Positions 40,078-47,868 of a DNA stretch of 64,000 nucleotides are shown here, in pieces; the first letter of the stretch is position 1; each line of letters begins with the position of its first letter. The stretch lies in IMG/VR virus record IMGVR_UViG_3300020048_000045. One strand, written 5' to 3'. The DNA is from an uncultured virus (IMG/VR IMGVR_UViG_3300020048_000045) (taxonomy: Duplodnaviria > Heunggongvirae > Uroviricota > Caudoviricetes). The notes beneath the pieces are model-generated. The model saw only the letters and a list, made by a program, of their open reading frames with translations, ran no database searches and was not told the DNA's origin. A program made the translations under genes and the position numbers.

Positions 40078-40682
40078 AATTTATAAGGCAACATTTTTTA
40101 CATCTTATTATACTACTTCTGTTTGCAATTGTCATCCTGAAAAGATGTGACAAGCCAACAGTTGTAGAAAAGCCTATAATAATACGTGATACTGTATGGG
40201 TACACGTTAAGGATACTGTGTATACAAGACCAAAGGTAGTATATACAAAGCCTGATACAGTCTTTGAACCTCAGTATCTACCAGATCCAGACTATGACAA
40301 ACTAAAAGAACAATACAGAGATCTTTTGACAAAGTATTTTAATACAACTATGACAAAAGATACCCTTAAGATTGATAGCATAGGTCATGTGTATGTTACA
40401 GACTGGGTCTGGAAGAACAAAATTGAAAGCAGAAAATATACATATGATATAAAGTTTCCTGTTATAAAGGAAACTATAACCAATCCTGTTAAACCCAGGA
40501 ATCAACTCTACATAGGAGGTGCTATTCAAGGGAGCTTCGTAAACCCTGTAAACCAAATAAATGCTGGAGTATTACTGAAGAACAAGAAAGACCAGATATT
40601 TGGAGCTTATACAGGAATGAATATGGATGGACAATTGCAATTAGGAGTGCAAAGCTACTGGAAGATATCTTTTAGGAAATGA
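40074..40682 (+). CDS. Putative spanin-like membrane protein
   Basis: ATG overlaps the previous stop (ATGA). N-terminal hydrophobic helix followed by Cys, DT[V/L] repeats and a beta-rich C-terminus. Adjacent to holin and endolysin. Confidence 0.5.
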   Translation: MKFIRQHFLHLIILLLFAIVILKRCDKPTVVEKPIIIRDTVWVHVKDTVYTRPKVVYTKPDTVFEPQYLPDPDYDKLKEQYRDLLTKYFNTTMTKDTLKIDSIGHVYVTDWVWKNKIESRKYTYDIKFPVIKETITNPVKPRNQLYIGGAIQGSFVNPVNQINAGVLLKNKKDQIFGAYTGMNMDGQLQLGVQSYWKISFRK

Positions 40683-40951
40683 AACGACTATTCAAATACA
40701 TAGAACCAATGTGGTTGGGGCATGATAGGGAAGTTTCCATAAGAAGAGTCTTGGCGATTTGTTTCTCTATCGATCTAATTTTAAATATGTCCTATGTGAT
40801 TCATCACTGGGAAATGGGTAAATCCTATTCTGACGCAGCACTTCTGCTTGGTATCGAAGCAAGTCTGATAGCGGCCCTATTAGCCCTGACCACATACTCT
40901 AACTCAATTAAAACTAAACTAGATGGCAATCGATCAGACAACCCTATCTAG
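40679..40951 (+). CDS. Putative holin
   Basis: 90 aa with two hydrophobic segments, directly before the endolysin. Confidence 0.6.
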   Translation: MKRLFKYIEPMWLGHDREVSIRRVLAICFSIDLILNMSYVIHHWEMGKSYSDAALLLGIEASLIAALLALTTYSNSIKTKLDGNRSDNPI

Positions 40952-41441
40952 GATCAATCAACTGCACCCTGCTTTAGTGACAGAGGTTAAAGATCTGTAT
41001 TTGAACAAGATAGTTCCTGCTCTTACAGGAGGTGTGTCTTGTAGATTTGCATATACAATGAGAACCTTTGAGCAGCAAAATGAACTATATGCTCAGGGAA
41101 GAACAACACTCTTTGACAGGCAAGGTAAACGATTAGGGATTGTTACCAATGCTAAAGGTGGACAATCCTTTCATAATTATGGACTGGCTCTGGACATCGT
41201 TCTAATTGATAACGTCTCTGCATATTGGAATGTTGTCAAAGATTTTGACGGTGATGCTGTCCCTGATTGGATGGAGATTGTACGGATCTTCAAAGAGAAT
41301 GGGTGGGAATGGGGAGGTGACTGGACATCTTTCAAAGATCTTCCACACTTTCAAAAGACATTTGGTTATACGTGCGAACAACTTCTTGAAAAATATAATC
41401 AAAAAGATTTTATTCCAGGTAGTTACTTTGTTAACATTTAA
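40923..41441 (+). CDS. Endolysin, M15 family L-Ala-D-Glu peptidase
   Basis: R.FEQQ.ELYAQGRT, VTNAKGGQSFHNYGLALD and WGGDW..FKDLPHFQ motifs. Confidence 0.9.
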   Translation: MAIDQTTLSRINQLHPALVTEVKDLYLNKIVPALTGGVSCRFAYTMRTFEQQNELYAQGRTTLFDRQGKRLGIVTNAKGGQSFHNYGLALDIVLIDNVSAYWNVVKDFDGDAVPDWMEIVRIFKENGWEWGGDWTSFKDLPHFQKTFGYTCEQLLEKYNQKDFIPGSYFVNI

Positions 41442-41454
41442 TTACTTATATTTG
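41427..41454 (+). promoter_or_regulatory. Possible Bacteroidota-type promoter
   Basis: TATATTTG at 41447-41454, 5 nt before the ATG at 41460. The upstream TTTG has an atypically short 16-nt spacer. Confidence 0.45.
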
Positions 41455-41459
41455 TAATC

Positions 41460-42080
41460 ATGACAGTACCTTCTAGACAAATAGGTTGGGGGCCACAGGA
41501 AAACTTGCTGCAATACATAAGTAAGCAGTTAGAGAACATGTATTGTCAGCTTTGCAAGGCAATTATTCCAGGTCCTCCTGGTCCTCCTGGTGCTGTTGGT
41601 GGGTATTATGGAACCTTCGTTAGTCTATTAGATCAATCTACAACAGTAAATACTGTTACACCATTTAGAATGGAAGATACCTATCTTAGTAACGGTATAA
41701 CTGTAGTAAATGATACATTTGGTTATCCTACAATTATACAAATAGCACATGCTGGTGTATACAATGTTGCTCTATCAGCACAATTTCATTATACAGGAGG
41801 AGGAGGAGCTGGGCAGGAGGTTAACATATGGATTAAACGTAATGGGGTAAGTACACCTTATACAGATAGAAAACTCATAGTTCCATCAAATGCTCCTTAT
41901 GTAATTGCAGCATTTAATATATTCATAGATGTTCCAATAGCAGGAGGAACGCTTCCTGAGGAAGTACAAGTAGTGTGGGTTACAGATAATGCATCAATTG
42001 TATTAGAAGCAGAAACTCCTATTGTAGGAGGAAGTCCAGGAATTGTATCAGTTGCTGTAACAGTAAATCAAGTTGGATAA
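41460..42080 (+). CDS. Putative virion protein with a short collagen GPP linker and C1q/BclA-like beta domain
   Basis: PGPPGPPGA followed by I.IAHAGVYNVALSAQF...VNIWIKRNG. The N-terminus is paralogous to 42098-42238. Confidence 0.55.
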   Translation: MTVPSRQIGWGPQENLLQYISKQLENMYCQLCKAIIPGPPGPPGAVGGYYGTFVSLLDQSTTVNTVTPFRMEDTYLSNGITVVNDTFGYPTIIQIAHAGVYNVALSAQFHYTGGGGAGQEVNIWIKRNGVSTPYTDRKLIVPSNAPYVIAAFNIFIDVPIAGGTLPEEVQVVWVTDNASIVLEAETPIVGGSPGIVSVAVTVNQVG

Positions 42081-42097
42081 TTAAAAATAAAATAATA

Positions 42098-42238
42098 ATG
42101 ACAATACCAAGTAGACCTTTGAGTCAAGATCCACAATCACAACTATTGTGGCAAATCTCTAAACAGCTGGAGCAGCTGATTGGACTTGTTGGAAAAATTG
42201 TAACAACCACAAGCACTACCACTACAGCTCTTCCATAA
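42098..42238 (+). CDS. 46-aa protein with Thr-rich tail (not in the ORF track)
   Basis: Reads MTIPSRPLSQDPQSQLLWQISKQLEQLIGLVGKIVTTTSTTTTALP. It shares MT.PSR...P...LL..ISKQLE with 41460. Confidence 0.7.
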   Translation: MTIPSRPLSQDPQSQLLWQISKQLEQLIGLVGKIVTTTSTTTTALP

Positions 42239-42266
42239 GAAACGTAATTTTTAAAACCAACTACAT

Positions 42267-43310
42267 ATGAGAGATCTCAAATTTATCTGTGCACAACCAG
42301 ATGATACGTATTACGCCTGGCAAGTGCATCTCTGGCTTGAGAGTCTTAGGAACATTGGCCATTCAGACAAAGCAATTGTCCTGGTCTTTACTCCTAAGGA
42401 TAGAGAAGTAGACAAAGCCAAATGGCAAAGAGTCGCTGATCTATATCCAGAAGCTGAATTCGCTTACTACAAGGATCAACATCAAATCAGTGAGCTCCTG
42501 GGAATTTATATTCCTATTCTTAGACCTTACATTCTTTGGAGATACTTTAAGGATCATCCAGACATGGTCAGCAAGGCAGTCTTTTATTGTGACTGCGATA
42601 TTCTGTTCACAGAGAAGTTTAATATAGATCATCTCATAGATGACGATGTATGTTATCTTTCTGATACGAACAGTTATATTAATGCAAGTTACTTTGACAG
42701 TAAAGAAAAGGATGTACTTGAAGAAAAGAAAGAAGAGTACAAGACTAGGGATATACTGGGAGAGATAACAAGCTTTATTGGAATAAGCAGGCAGATTGCT
42801 GAAGAGCATAATGATCATTCAGGAGGTGCACAGTATTTCCTGAAGAACATAGATGCTAAGTTCTGGGCTAAGATGATGAATGATACAATCATGATCAGAT
42901 CGTATCTTCTGAATGTTAACAAACAGTTCTTTGAAAATGAAAATAAAGGATTCCAAAGCTGGTGTGCAGACATGTGGGGCTTGCTTTGGAACTTGTGGCT
43001 CAGAGAATATGAGGTAAAAGTAGTTCCCGAAATGGGATTTAGTTGGGCTCCTGATCCAGTTGAGAAGCTGGAGACTCACCCAATATATCACAACGCTGGA
43101 ATCAACACTGAGCTATTTGAATATCATAAGGATGGAGAGAAATTATTCTATCCATGCTTTCAGAAAACAAAATACCATGGTGGCAGGGATCCCTTTACAG
43201 ATCCACAGCTTGAGCTGGTTGTCAATCATGAAGAAAGTAAAAAACATTGCATCTCTATATATGCTCAGGCATTGTTAGATTTGTATGCTAAATATCACTT
43301 AAACTATTAA
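42267..43310 (+). CDS. GT-A fold glycosyltransferase resembling peptidyl O-glycosyltransferases (GT95 HPAT/GT96 SGT-like)
   Basis: YYAWQVHLWLESL, YIPILRPYILWRYF, FYCDCDILF (DxD), GGAQY, SWCADMWG and IYH motifs. Confidence 0.7.
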   Translation: MRDLKFICAQPDDTYYAWQVHLWLESLRNIGHSDKAIVLVFTPKDREVDKAKWQRVADLYPEAEFAYYKDQHQISELLGIYIPILRPYILWRYFKDHPDMVSKAVFYCDCDILFTEKFNIDHLIDDDVCYLSDTNSYINASYFDSKEKDVLEEKKEEYKTRDILGEITSFIGISRQIAEEHNDHSGGAQYFLKNIDAKFWAKMMNDTIMIRSYLLNVNKQFFENENKGFQSWCADMWGLLWNLWLREYEVKVVPEMGFSWAPDPVEKLETHPIYHNAGINTELFEYHKDGEKLFYPCFQKTKYHGGRDPFTDPQLELVVNHEESKKHCISIYAQALLDLYAKYHLNY

Positions 43311-43321
43311 ATTTTTAATCT

Positions 43322-43525
43322 ATGGGAAGTCTCGACAAGAAACTTAAAGCCTATGTCCGTTTCGATGGACAAGGAAGAGTAGTTGCAGGCAGCTTAATTC
43401 TTAGGAAGAAAATGCCTAAGGTTGGCAAATGGATGGAAATTCCAGCTTGGCAATGCTGCACTACGACTACTACCACAACTACTACGACTACTACTAGTAC
43501 AACAACCACTCAAATTATTGGATGA
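43322..43525 (+). CDS. 67-aa protein with poly-Thr tail
   Basis: KAYVRFDGQGRVV...PKVGKWMEI...CC followed by a T/S run. Paralogue of the next gene. Confidence 0.75.
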   Translation: MGSLDKKLKAYVRFDGQGRVVAGSLILRKKMPKVGKWMEIPAWQCCTTTTTTTTTTTTSTTTTQIIG

Positions 43526-43902
43526 TGGCAAGCAACAAACGACTTTTAAAAGCATGGATTCGCTTTGATGGGAATGGTAGAATCATTCCAGGTGGACCAC
43601 TACTGAGTGCCAAGAAACCTAAGGTTGGCAACTGGGTAGAAATTCAAGGATACGAATGTTGTAATCCTCCTAGTCCTTGCATCAGTTACACTGTAACATG
43701 TACATCAACTGGTGTGCTGACATACACTGACTGCTATGGTCAAGAAATAGGTCCTGTAAACCTGAACTCTGAAGATCAGATCGTAATCTGTGCTGTTCCA
43801 GGAACGGTAGTAGTTGCATCAGGAGAAATGACAGTAGAAGCAGGCAGGGCATGTACTACAACTACAACTACTACTACAGCGATACCAGAACCTCTTCGTT
43901 AA
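43522..43902 (+). CDS. Paralogous Cys-rich protein with poly-Thr tail
   Basis: KAWIRFDGNGRII...PKVGNWVEI..YECC, a Cys-rich small domain, then CTTTTTTTT. Confidence 0.75.
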   Translation: MMASNKRLLKAWIRFDGNGRIIPGGPLLSAKKPKVGNWVEIQGYECCNPPSPCISYTVTCTSTGVLTYTDCYGQEIGPVNLNSEDQIVICAVPGTVVVASGEMTVEAGRACTTTTTTTTAIPEPLR

Positions 43903-43911
43903 ATCTAAATC

Positions 43912-44319
43912 ATGGCAGAAAAATCTTTGTTTCCAGAAAACATGATGAAGGGTGGAACCCTGACGCTTGAGACTATTGCAGCCAGGCTGACATACTTCCA
44001 CGAACAACTTCATTTGATTCATTGGCAAACTACAAGTTATGCAGAACACATGGCTACGGGAGGATTGTATGATTATGTACATGACTTCAAAGATGGCCTG
44101 ATTGAAAAGCTTATGGGATATACAGGAAAACGTCCTACTCCCTTTAAGTTTGAACCAATCGTGAACACTTCTGCATCAGCAGTTGTAGCTGAGCTAATGA
44201 ACTTTGCTTCCCAGCTTAAACAGTATGGTGAGAGCAATGGATACCATGATATATCTAATCTTGCAGATTCTCTATCTGGAGAAGCAAGTAAGACAAAATA
44301 TTTACTAACTTTGTCATAA
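43912..44319 (+). CDS. Ferritin/Dps-like four-helix protein (DUF5856-like)
   Basis: HLIHWQTTSYAEH...YD...D.LIE.LMG and a C-terminal KTKYLLTL. Confidence 0.7.
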   Translation: MAEKSLFPENMMKGGTLTLETIAARLTYFHEQLHLIHWQTTSYAEHMATGGLYDYVHDFKDGLIEKLMGYTGKRPTPFKFEPIVNTSASAVVAELMNFASQLKQYGESNGYHDISNLADSLSGEASKTKYLLTLS

Positions 44320-44600
44320 TGCAAGTCAATAGAAGATTCTTTCCAGCAATTATTCTTGATAACGAAGAGAACTATTTTGCACATTTGGAAGGGGTCATCA
44401 GCTCTGTAGATGAACTGGCCAGTCTTGAAATCACCAAAGCACCAAATGCTTATCATTTCAGGCTGGCCCCAAGTCTTCCTAAATATAGCGAGATGCTTCT
44501 ACAGGAGATATTGAAACTACATAATGTATTTCAGATTAGATTAAATCTTTCTAAAAGTATTAAAACCTCAGGCGTAATAGCCTTCGAAATTGAATTATAA
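44319..44600 (+). CDS. Hypothetical protein
   Basis: 93-aa ORF coupled to the upstream stop. Confidence 0.6.
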   Translation: MQVNRRFFPAIILDNEENYFAHLEGVISSVDELASLEITKAPNAYHFRLAPSLPKYSEMLLQEILKLHNVFQIRLNLSKSIKTSGVIAFEIEL

Positions 44601-44620
44601 ACCAACAAATAAATTACATT

Positions 44621-44881
44621 ATGTCACAGTATGACCCCAACAAGAGGTATTCATGGACTCCTCAGGACAAGTTTGAATTAACTGGCGAACAGTTTGGCAC
44701 AATCCTCAATGCTGTAAGGGCTATCATTGGTACTCCTGAAGCACAACGCATTCTGGCTATTGCCAGAGCAAATGATGTAATTGAGCAGATGATGGTAAAA
44801 GCTGTCGAGGACGGAACAGTCCTGGAGATTCCTGAACAAAAGCCTCAAGCTATGTCAGGAAACCTTAAAATTGTACAATGA
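44621..44881 (+). CDS. Hypothetical protein
   Basis: 86-aa ORF with an A-rich leader. Confidence 0.6.
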   Translation: MSQYDPNKRYSWTPQDKFELTGEQFGTILNAVRAIIGTPEAQRILAIARANDVIEQMMVKAVEDGTVLEIPEQKPQAMSGNLKIVQ

Positions 44882-44882
44882 T

Positions 44883-45017
44883 ATGAAAAAGAAAGCTATG
44901 GCTGCTGGTGTCTCAAAAGGCACCACAGCTAAAGCTCCTGATAAAAAAGGAGCATGGATTGATGTCCAGAAACGGACATTAGCTACAGCCAAATGTGGTA
45001 AAAAGATGAAAAAATAA
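44883..45017 (+). CDS. 44-aa Lys-rich basic protein (not in the ORF track)
   Basis: Reads MKKKAMAAGVSKGTTAKAPDKKGAWIDVQKRTLATAKCGKKMKK. It fills the gap exactly. Confidence 0.6.
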   Translation: MKKKAMAAGVSKGTTAKAPDKKGAWIDVQKRTLATAKCGKKMKK

Positions 45018-45022
45018 TTACC

Positions 45023-45181
45023 ATGGCTGACAAGAAATGGATACAGAAAGCCACAGCTTCCATCAAAAGACGTGGAACAGAAGGCAAATGTACACCCATC
45101 ACTAAACCTGGTTGTACTGGACGTGCTAAGGCACTTGCAAAAACTTTTAAAAAAATGGCTGCTAAACGTAAAGCATCATGA
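45023..45181 (+). CDS. 52-aa basic protein (not in the ORF track)
   Basis: Reads MADKKWIQKATASIKRRGTEGKCTPITKPGCTGRAKALAKTFKKMAAKRKAS. Confidence 0.65.
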   Translation: MADKKWIQKATASIKRRGTEGKCTPITKPGCTGRAKALAKTFKKMAAKRKAS

Positions 45182-45258
45182 AAGCAAAACCTCAGGACAA
45201 GAAGGGTGCTTCACCCAAAGGATGTGCCAAATGTGGTAAAACAATGAAAAAGAAATAA
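45178..45258 (+). CDS. 26-aa basic peptide (not in the ORF track)
   Basis: Reads MKAKPQDKKGASPKGCAKCGKTMKKK. ATGA overlap with the previous gene; shares DKKGA and AKCGK.MKK with 44883. Confidence 0.5.
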   Translation: MKAKPQDKKGASPKGCAKCGKTMKKK

Positions 45259-45260
45259 CT

Positions 45261-45821
45261 ATGGCAACTTTTAAAAAGTCTAAACTAAAGAGAGCCCAAG
45301 ATGGTATCTCTGCTGATTACAAAGAAAGACAAGGCAACTATCCTAAAGAGTCTCAAGAAGGAAAAGGTCCTTCTTCTGATTACAGGGAACGACAAGGCCA
45401 GAAGACTGAAGGTAAAACACCTCCTAATAAGTTTCCTGAAGCTAAAGTTCCTGAGACAAAGAAAGCTGAAACATTTGGTGAAGCGTTTAAAGCTGCAAGA
45501 GCTGCTGGAAAGAGTATATTTACCTGGAATGGTAAAAGTTATACTACTAAGACTAAGGAAGAAGCTGCAAAGGCTACTTCTAAGGCTGCTCCTAAAGCAG
45601 AAGCTAAGCCTGCTGCCAAAGCTCCTGAGAAGAAAGCTGAACCTACTAAGACTACGGGAGGTGCTGGTCCTATGAATCCTGTAAAAGATCAAAGGGGGGG
45701 ATTTAAAAATACCCCAGAGAGACAGAAGGTGATTGATGCAGCTAACAAGAAGAAAGAAGTCTTAACAAGATCTGGTAAAGTCTATCAACAAAAATTTGGT
45801 GGTAAAACTAAGAAGAAATGA
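45261..45821 (+). CDS. Lys/Ala-rich histone H1-like basic protein
   Basis: AAPKAEAKPAAKAP repeats and a TFGEAFKAARAAGKSIFTWNGKSYTT module. Confidence 0.65.
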   Translation: MATFKKSKLKRAQDGISADYKERQGNYPKESQEGKGPSSDYRERQGQKTEGKTPPNKFPEAKVPETKKAETFGEAFKAARAAGKSIFTWNGKSYTTKTKEEAAKATSKAAPKAEAKPAAKAPEKKAEPTKTTGGAGPMNPVKDQRGGFKNTPERQKVIDAANKKKEVLTRSGKVYQQKFGGKTKKK

Positions 45822-45958
45822 AATCAGGTAAGCCACGTAAAGCACCCAAGGTAACTATTCTCAGTAAGAAAGATCCTATGTACATGAAGGAATCTGATAA
45901 TAAACTATTGAGGAAAAGTCCAATGCTACCTATGAAGCAAAAGCGTTTATCCAAATAG
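45818..45958 (+). CDS. 46-aa basic protein (not in the ORF track)
   Basis: Reads MKSGKPRKAPKVTILSKKDPMYMKESDNKLLRKSPMLPMKQKRLSK. ATGA overlap; ends at the terminator. Confidence 0.55.
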   Translation: MKSGKPRKAPKVTILSKKDPMYMKESDNKLLRKSPMLPMKQKRLSK

Positions 45959-45990
45959 AAAAGGCTCCAGTTAGGAGCCTTTCTTTATTT
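45957..45990. terminator. Bidirectional terminator between the convergent late and replication blocks
   Basis: AAGGCTCC-AGTTA-GGAGCCTT flanked by A-rich (left) and T-rich (right) tracts. Confidence 0.8.
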
Positions 45991-46860
45991 TGGAAATAGA
46001 TTCTGCCATGAATAATGGCCTCCCCAATAATCATGATTTTGAAACAGATCATCCTTCTTATACACATTATAATGGGAAGTGAAATGCTTGCCATGATTAA
46101 TATGAATAGCTGGATGTTTACATAACCATTGCTCCCTTTTAAGCTTCTGAGGTTCGATCATTCCTGAATTAGTGACAAGAGCATTTGGTAGAATCGATTC
46201 ACAATGCTTTATAGCATCATCAAATCTCATAGTCACCTGATGAAATGGTTCATCTCTCTGCCCAAGATGTTGATAGCCATCCTTATTCATCCCCATGTAA
46301 TTCATGTTGGTCATCATTATCCCAGGTTCAAAATCAGGATAATCAAAGTATCCCTCAGGATAGAGAACATCATGCTCCAGAAAGGAAACATATTTATAAG
46401 GATGATATGTTCTTGCTGTATAGAGAAGCTGCATAATCTGCAACAGCTGATTCAAGTGTGACGATGAATGGGTCCATGCCATGTATTCCTGGAAGGGATT
46501 CATTGGTTCTGGATGCCACATACACGTCATGATATCAGCCTTACCTTCTGCAGCTACCTTTATTGAAGCCAGGGACGCTCTAATTGCATCATAGATGGAT
46601 GGATCATTATTGTTTGAATAAAAGATTCCAAGCTTGTCATTTGTAATCTCAGGATAAATAAGTAATTCTCCTTCAGGAACATTTTTAACAACAGTCTTGC
46701 CATCTACATCCAATACAATGTGAAGACTTTTGGCCATGCCAGGAGCAGGGTCACCAACTATACTGTTATTGCTACGAATGATGAGGGTATTAGCCCTCAC
46801 CTTTCGTGCAACAATTGCAGTGCAGTCACGTCCTCCGTAATTTGCTCCTATTACTTTCAT
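45985..46860 (-). CDS. SUEL/DUF3395-like lectin domain fused to a GT-A-like glycosyltransferase domain
   Basis: N-terminal ANYGG.DCT...GDPAPGMAKSLHI; C-terminal YVSFLEHDVLYP and IHINHGKHFT. Confidence 0.6.
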   Translation of the reverse strand: MKVIGANYGGRDCTAIVARKVRANTLIIRSNNSIVGDPAPGMAKSLHIVLDVDGKTVVKNVPEGELLIYPEITNDKLGIFYSNNNDPSIYDAIRASLASIKVAAEGKADIMTCMWHPEPMNPFQEYMAWTHSSSHLNQLLQIMQLLYTARTYHPYKYVSFLEHDVLYPEGYFDYPDFEPGIMMTNMNYMGMNKDGYQHLGQRDEPFHQVTMRFDDAIKHCESILPNALVTNSGMIEPQKLKREQWLCKHPAIHINHGKHFTSHYNVYKKDDLFQNHDYWGGHYSWQNLFPK

Positions 46861-47153
46861 TGGAATAATTCGAAGAAACGTTTACTATCCTCAACATTGA
46901 GATAGATCTCGCTCTGGAAAGCATCTTTCTCCCTCTTAACAGAGGTGACAGTACCTTTTGCATTTCTAATAGGAACTTCTCTTACCCTTTCGTGTAAGTC
47001 ATCTAAAAGAATAAGCCTTTGGCCATCCTCCAGTTCAATACTTCTGATGACTTTCTCAGGATTGAGACTGTCTACATACTCCTTAAATGTTAGTTCTGCC
47101 CCTTCTTCTGTTGGACGAACGGGCTCTTTTCTTGTGTAAAAGAATTGCTTCAT
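46857..47153 (-). CDS. Hypothetical protein
   Basis: 98-aa ORF coupled to the downstream gene. Confidence 0.65.
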   Translation of the reverse strand: MKQFFYTRKEPVRPTEEGAELTFKEYVDSLNPEKVIRSIELEDGQRLILLDDLHERVREVPIRNAKGTVTSVKREKDAFQSEIYLNVEDSKRFFELFQ

Positions 47154-47272
47154 CTTTATTGGTTTTTAATTGATTTTCAAAATAATCTTTGACAGCATTA
47201 TCAACTGCTTCCAGTAGAGCAGGACCAGCCCATATAATATATGGATCTTTCTTTCCTAAAGGGATCTCCAAT

Positions 47273-47668
47273 CTATACAATGCCATACTTTTTGAATAAA
47301 TATTCACGTCTTCTGTTAACTTCTGCATATTTATGCATGTCAAGCTCAACAGCTTCGTGCTCTTGCAAAGTTAATAAAATAATATTATCAGGATCATACA
47401 TTGCCTGAGGATATTTTCCTTTAGGAAGGATATGATGAAAGAACACAGACAGAGGTTCATTTCCCAGGAATGTGGGAGAGACTTCAGATACATGTGGTCG
47501 TTTTCTCCATATCTCCATAAAGAAATTCTTCATAAGATCTACGCCTGCTTTCTTGAGCGTCTTGTTTAGTTTCTCAGCTCTCCCTGCAGGCATATATCTT
47601 TTCTTCTTATGCCTAAAGCAATATTCACTCTCAGCATTCACACCACACACTTTACACTTCTGCTTCAT
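47273..47668 (-). CDS. His-Me finger (HNH/NinG-like) nuclease with N-terminal Zn knuckle
   Basis: CKVCG...YCFRH and FHHILPK...DNIILLT..EH. Confidence 0.6.
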   Translation of the reverse strand: MKQKCKVCGVNAESEYCFRHKKKRYMPAGRAEKLNKTLKKAGVDLMKNFFMEIWRKRPHVSEVSPTFLGNEPLSVFFHHILPKGKYPQAMYDPDNIILLTLQEHEAVELDMHKYAEVNRRREYLFKKYGIV

Positions 47669-47868
47669 GATGGATTGATTAAAAGGAATGGTTTAAGCTT
47701 CTTCAAGTCTTCATCCCAGTCAGTGATATCCTTATTATCCTCATCAGCATAAAGCTGAGTGATCACTGGAGTATTCAAGACAAAGAACCATCCATCATAC
47801 TGTCTTATTACTTGGATGCTCTTATCCTCAACATTCATCAGGTCATCGATCAATTCTTGTACTGTCAT
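47665..47868 (-). CDS. Hypothetical protein
   Basis: 67 aa starting MTVQELIDDL; overlapping start/stop with neighbours. Confidence 0.6.
   Translation of the reverse strand: MTVQELIDDLMNVEDKSIQVIRQYDGWFFVLNTPVITQLYADEDNKDITDWDEDLKKLKPFLLINPS

Noticed and set aside
47083..47349. 88-aa ORF between the HNH-like gene and 46857-47153
   Set aside because: It overlaps both neighbours substantially. A shorter version starting at 47286 may be real but still overlaps by about 70 nt, so it was not called.
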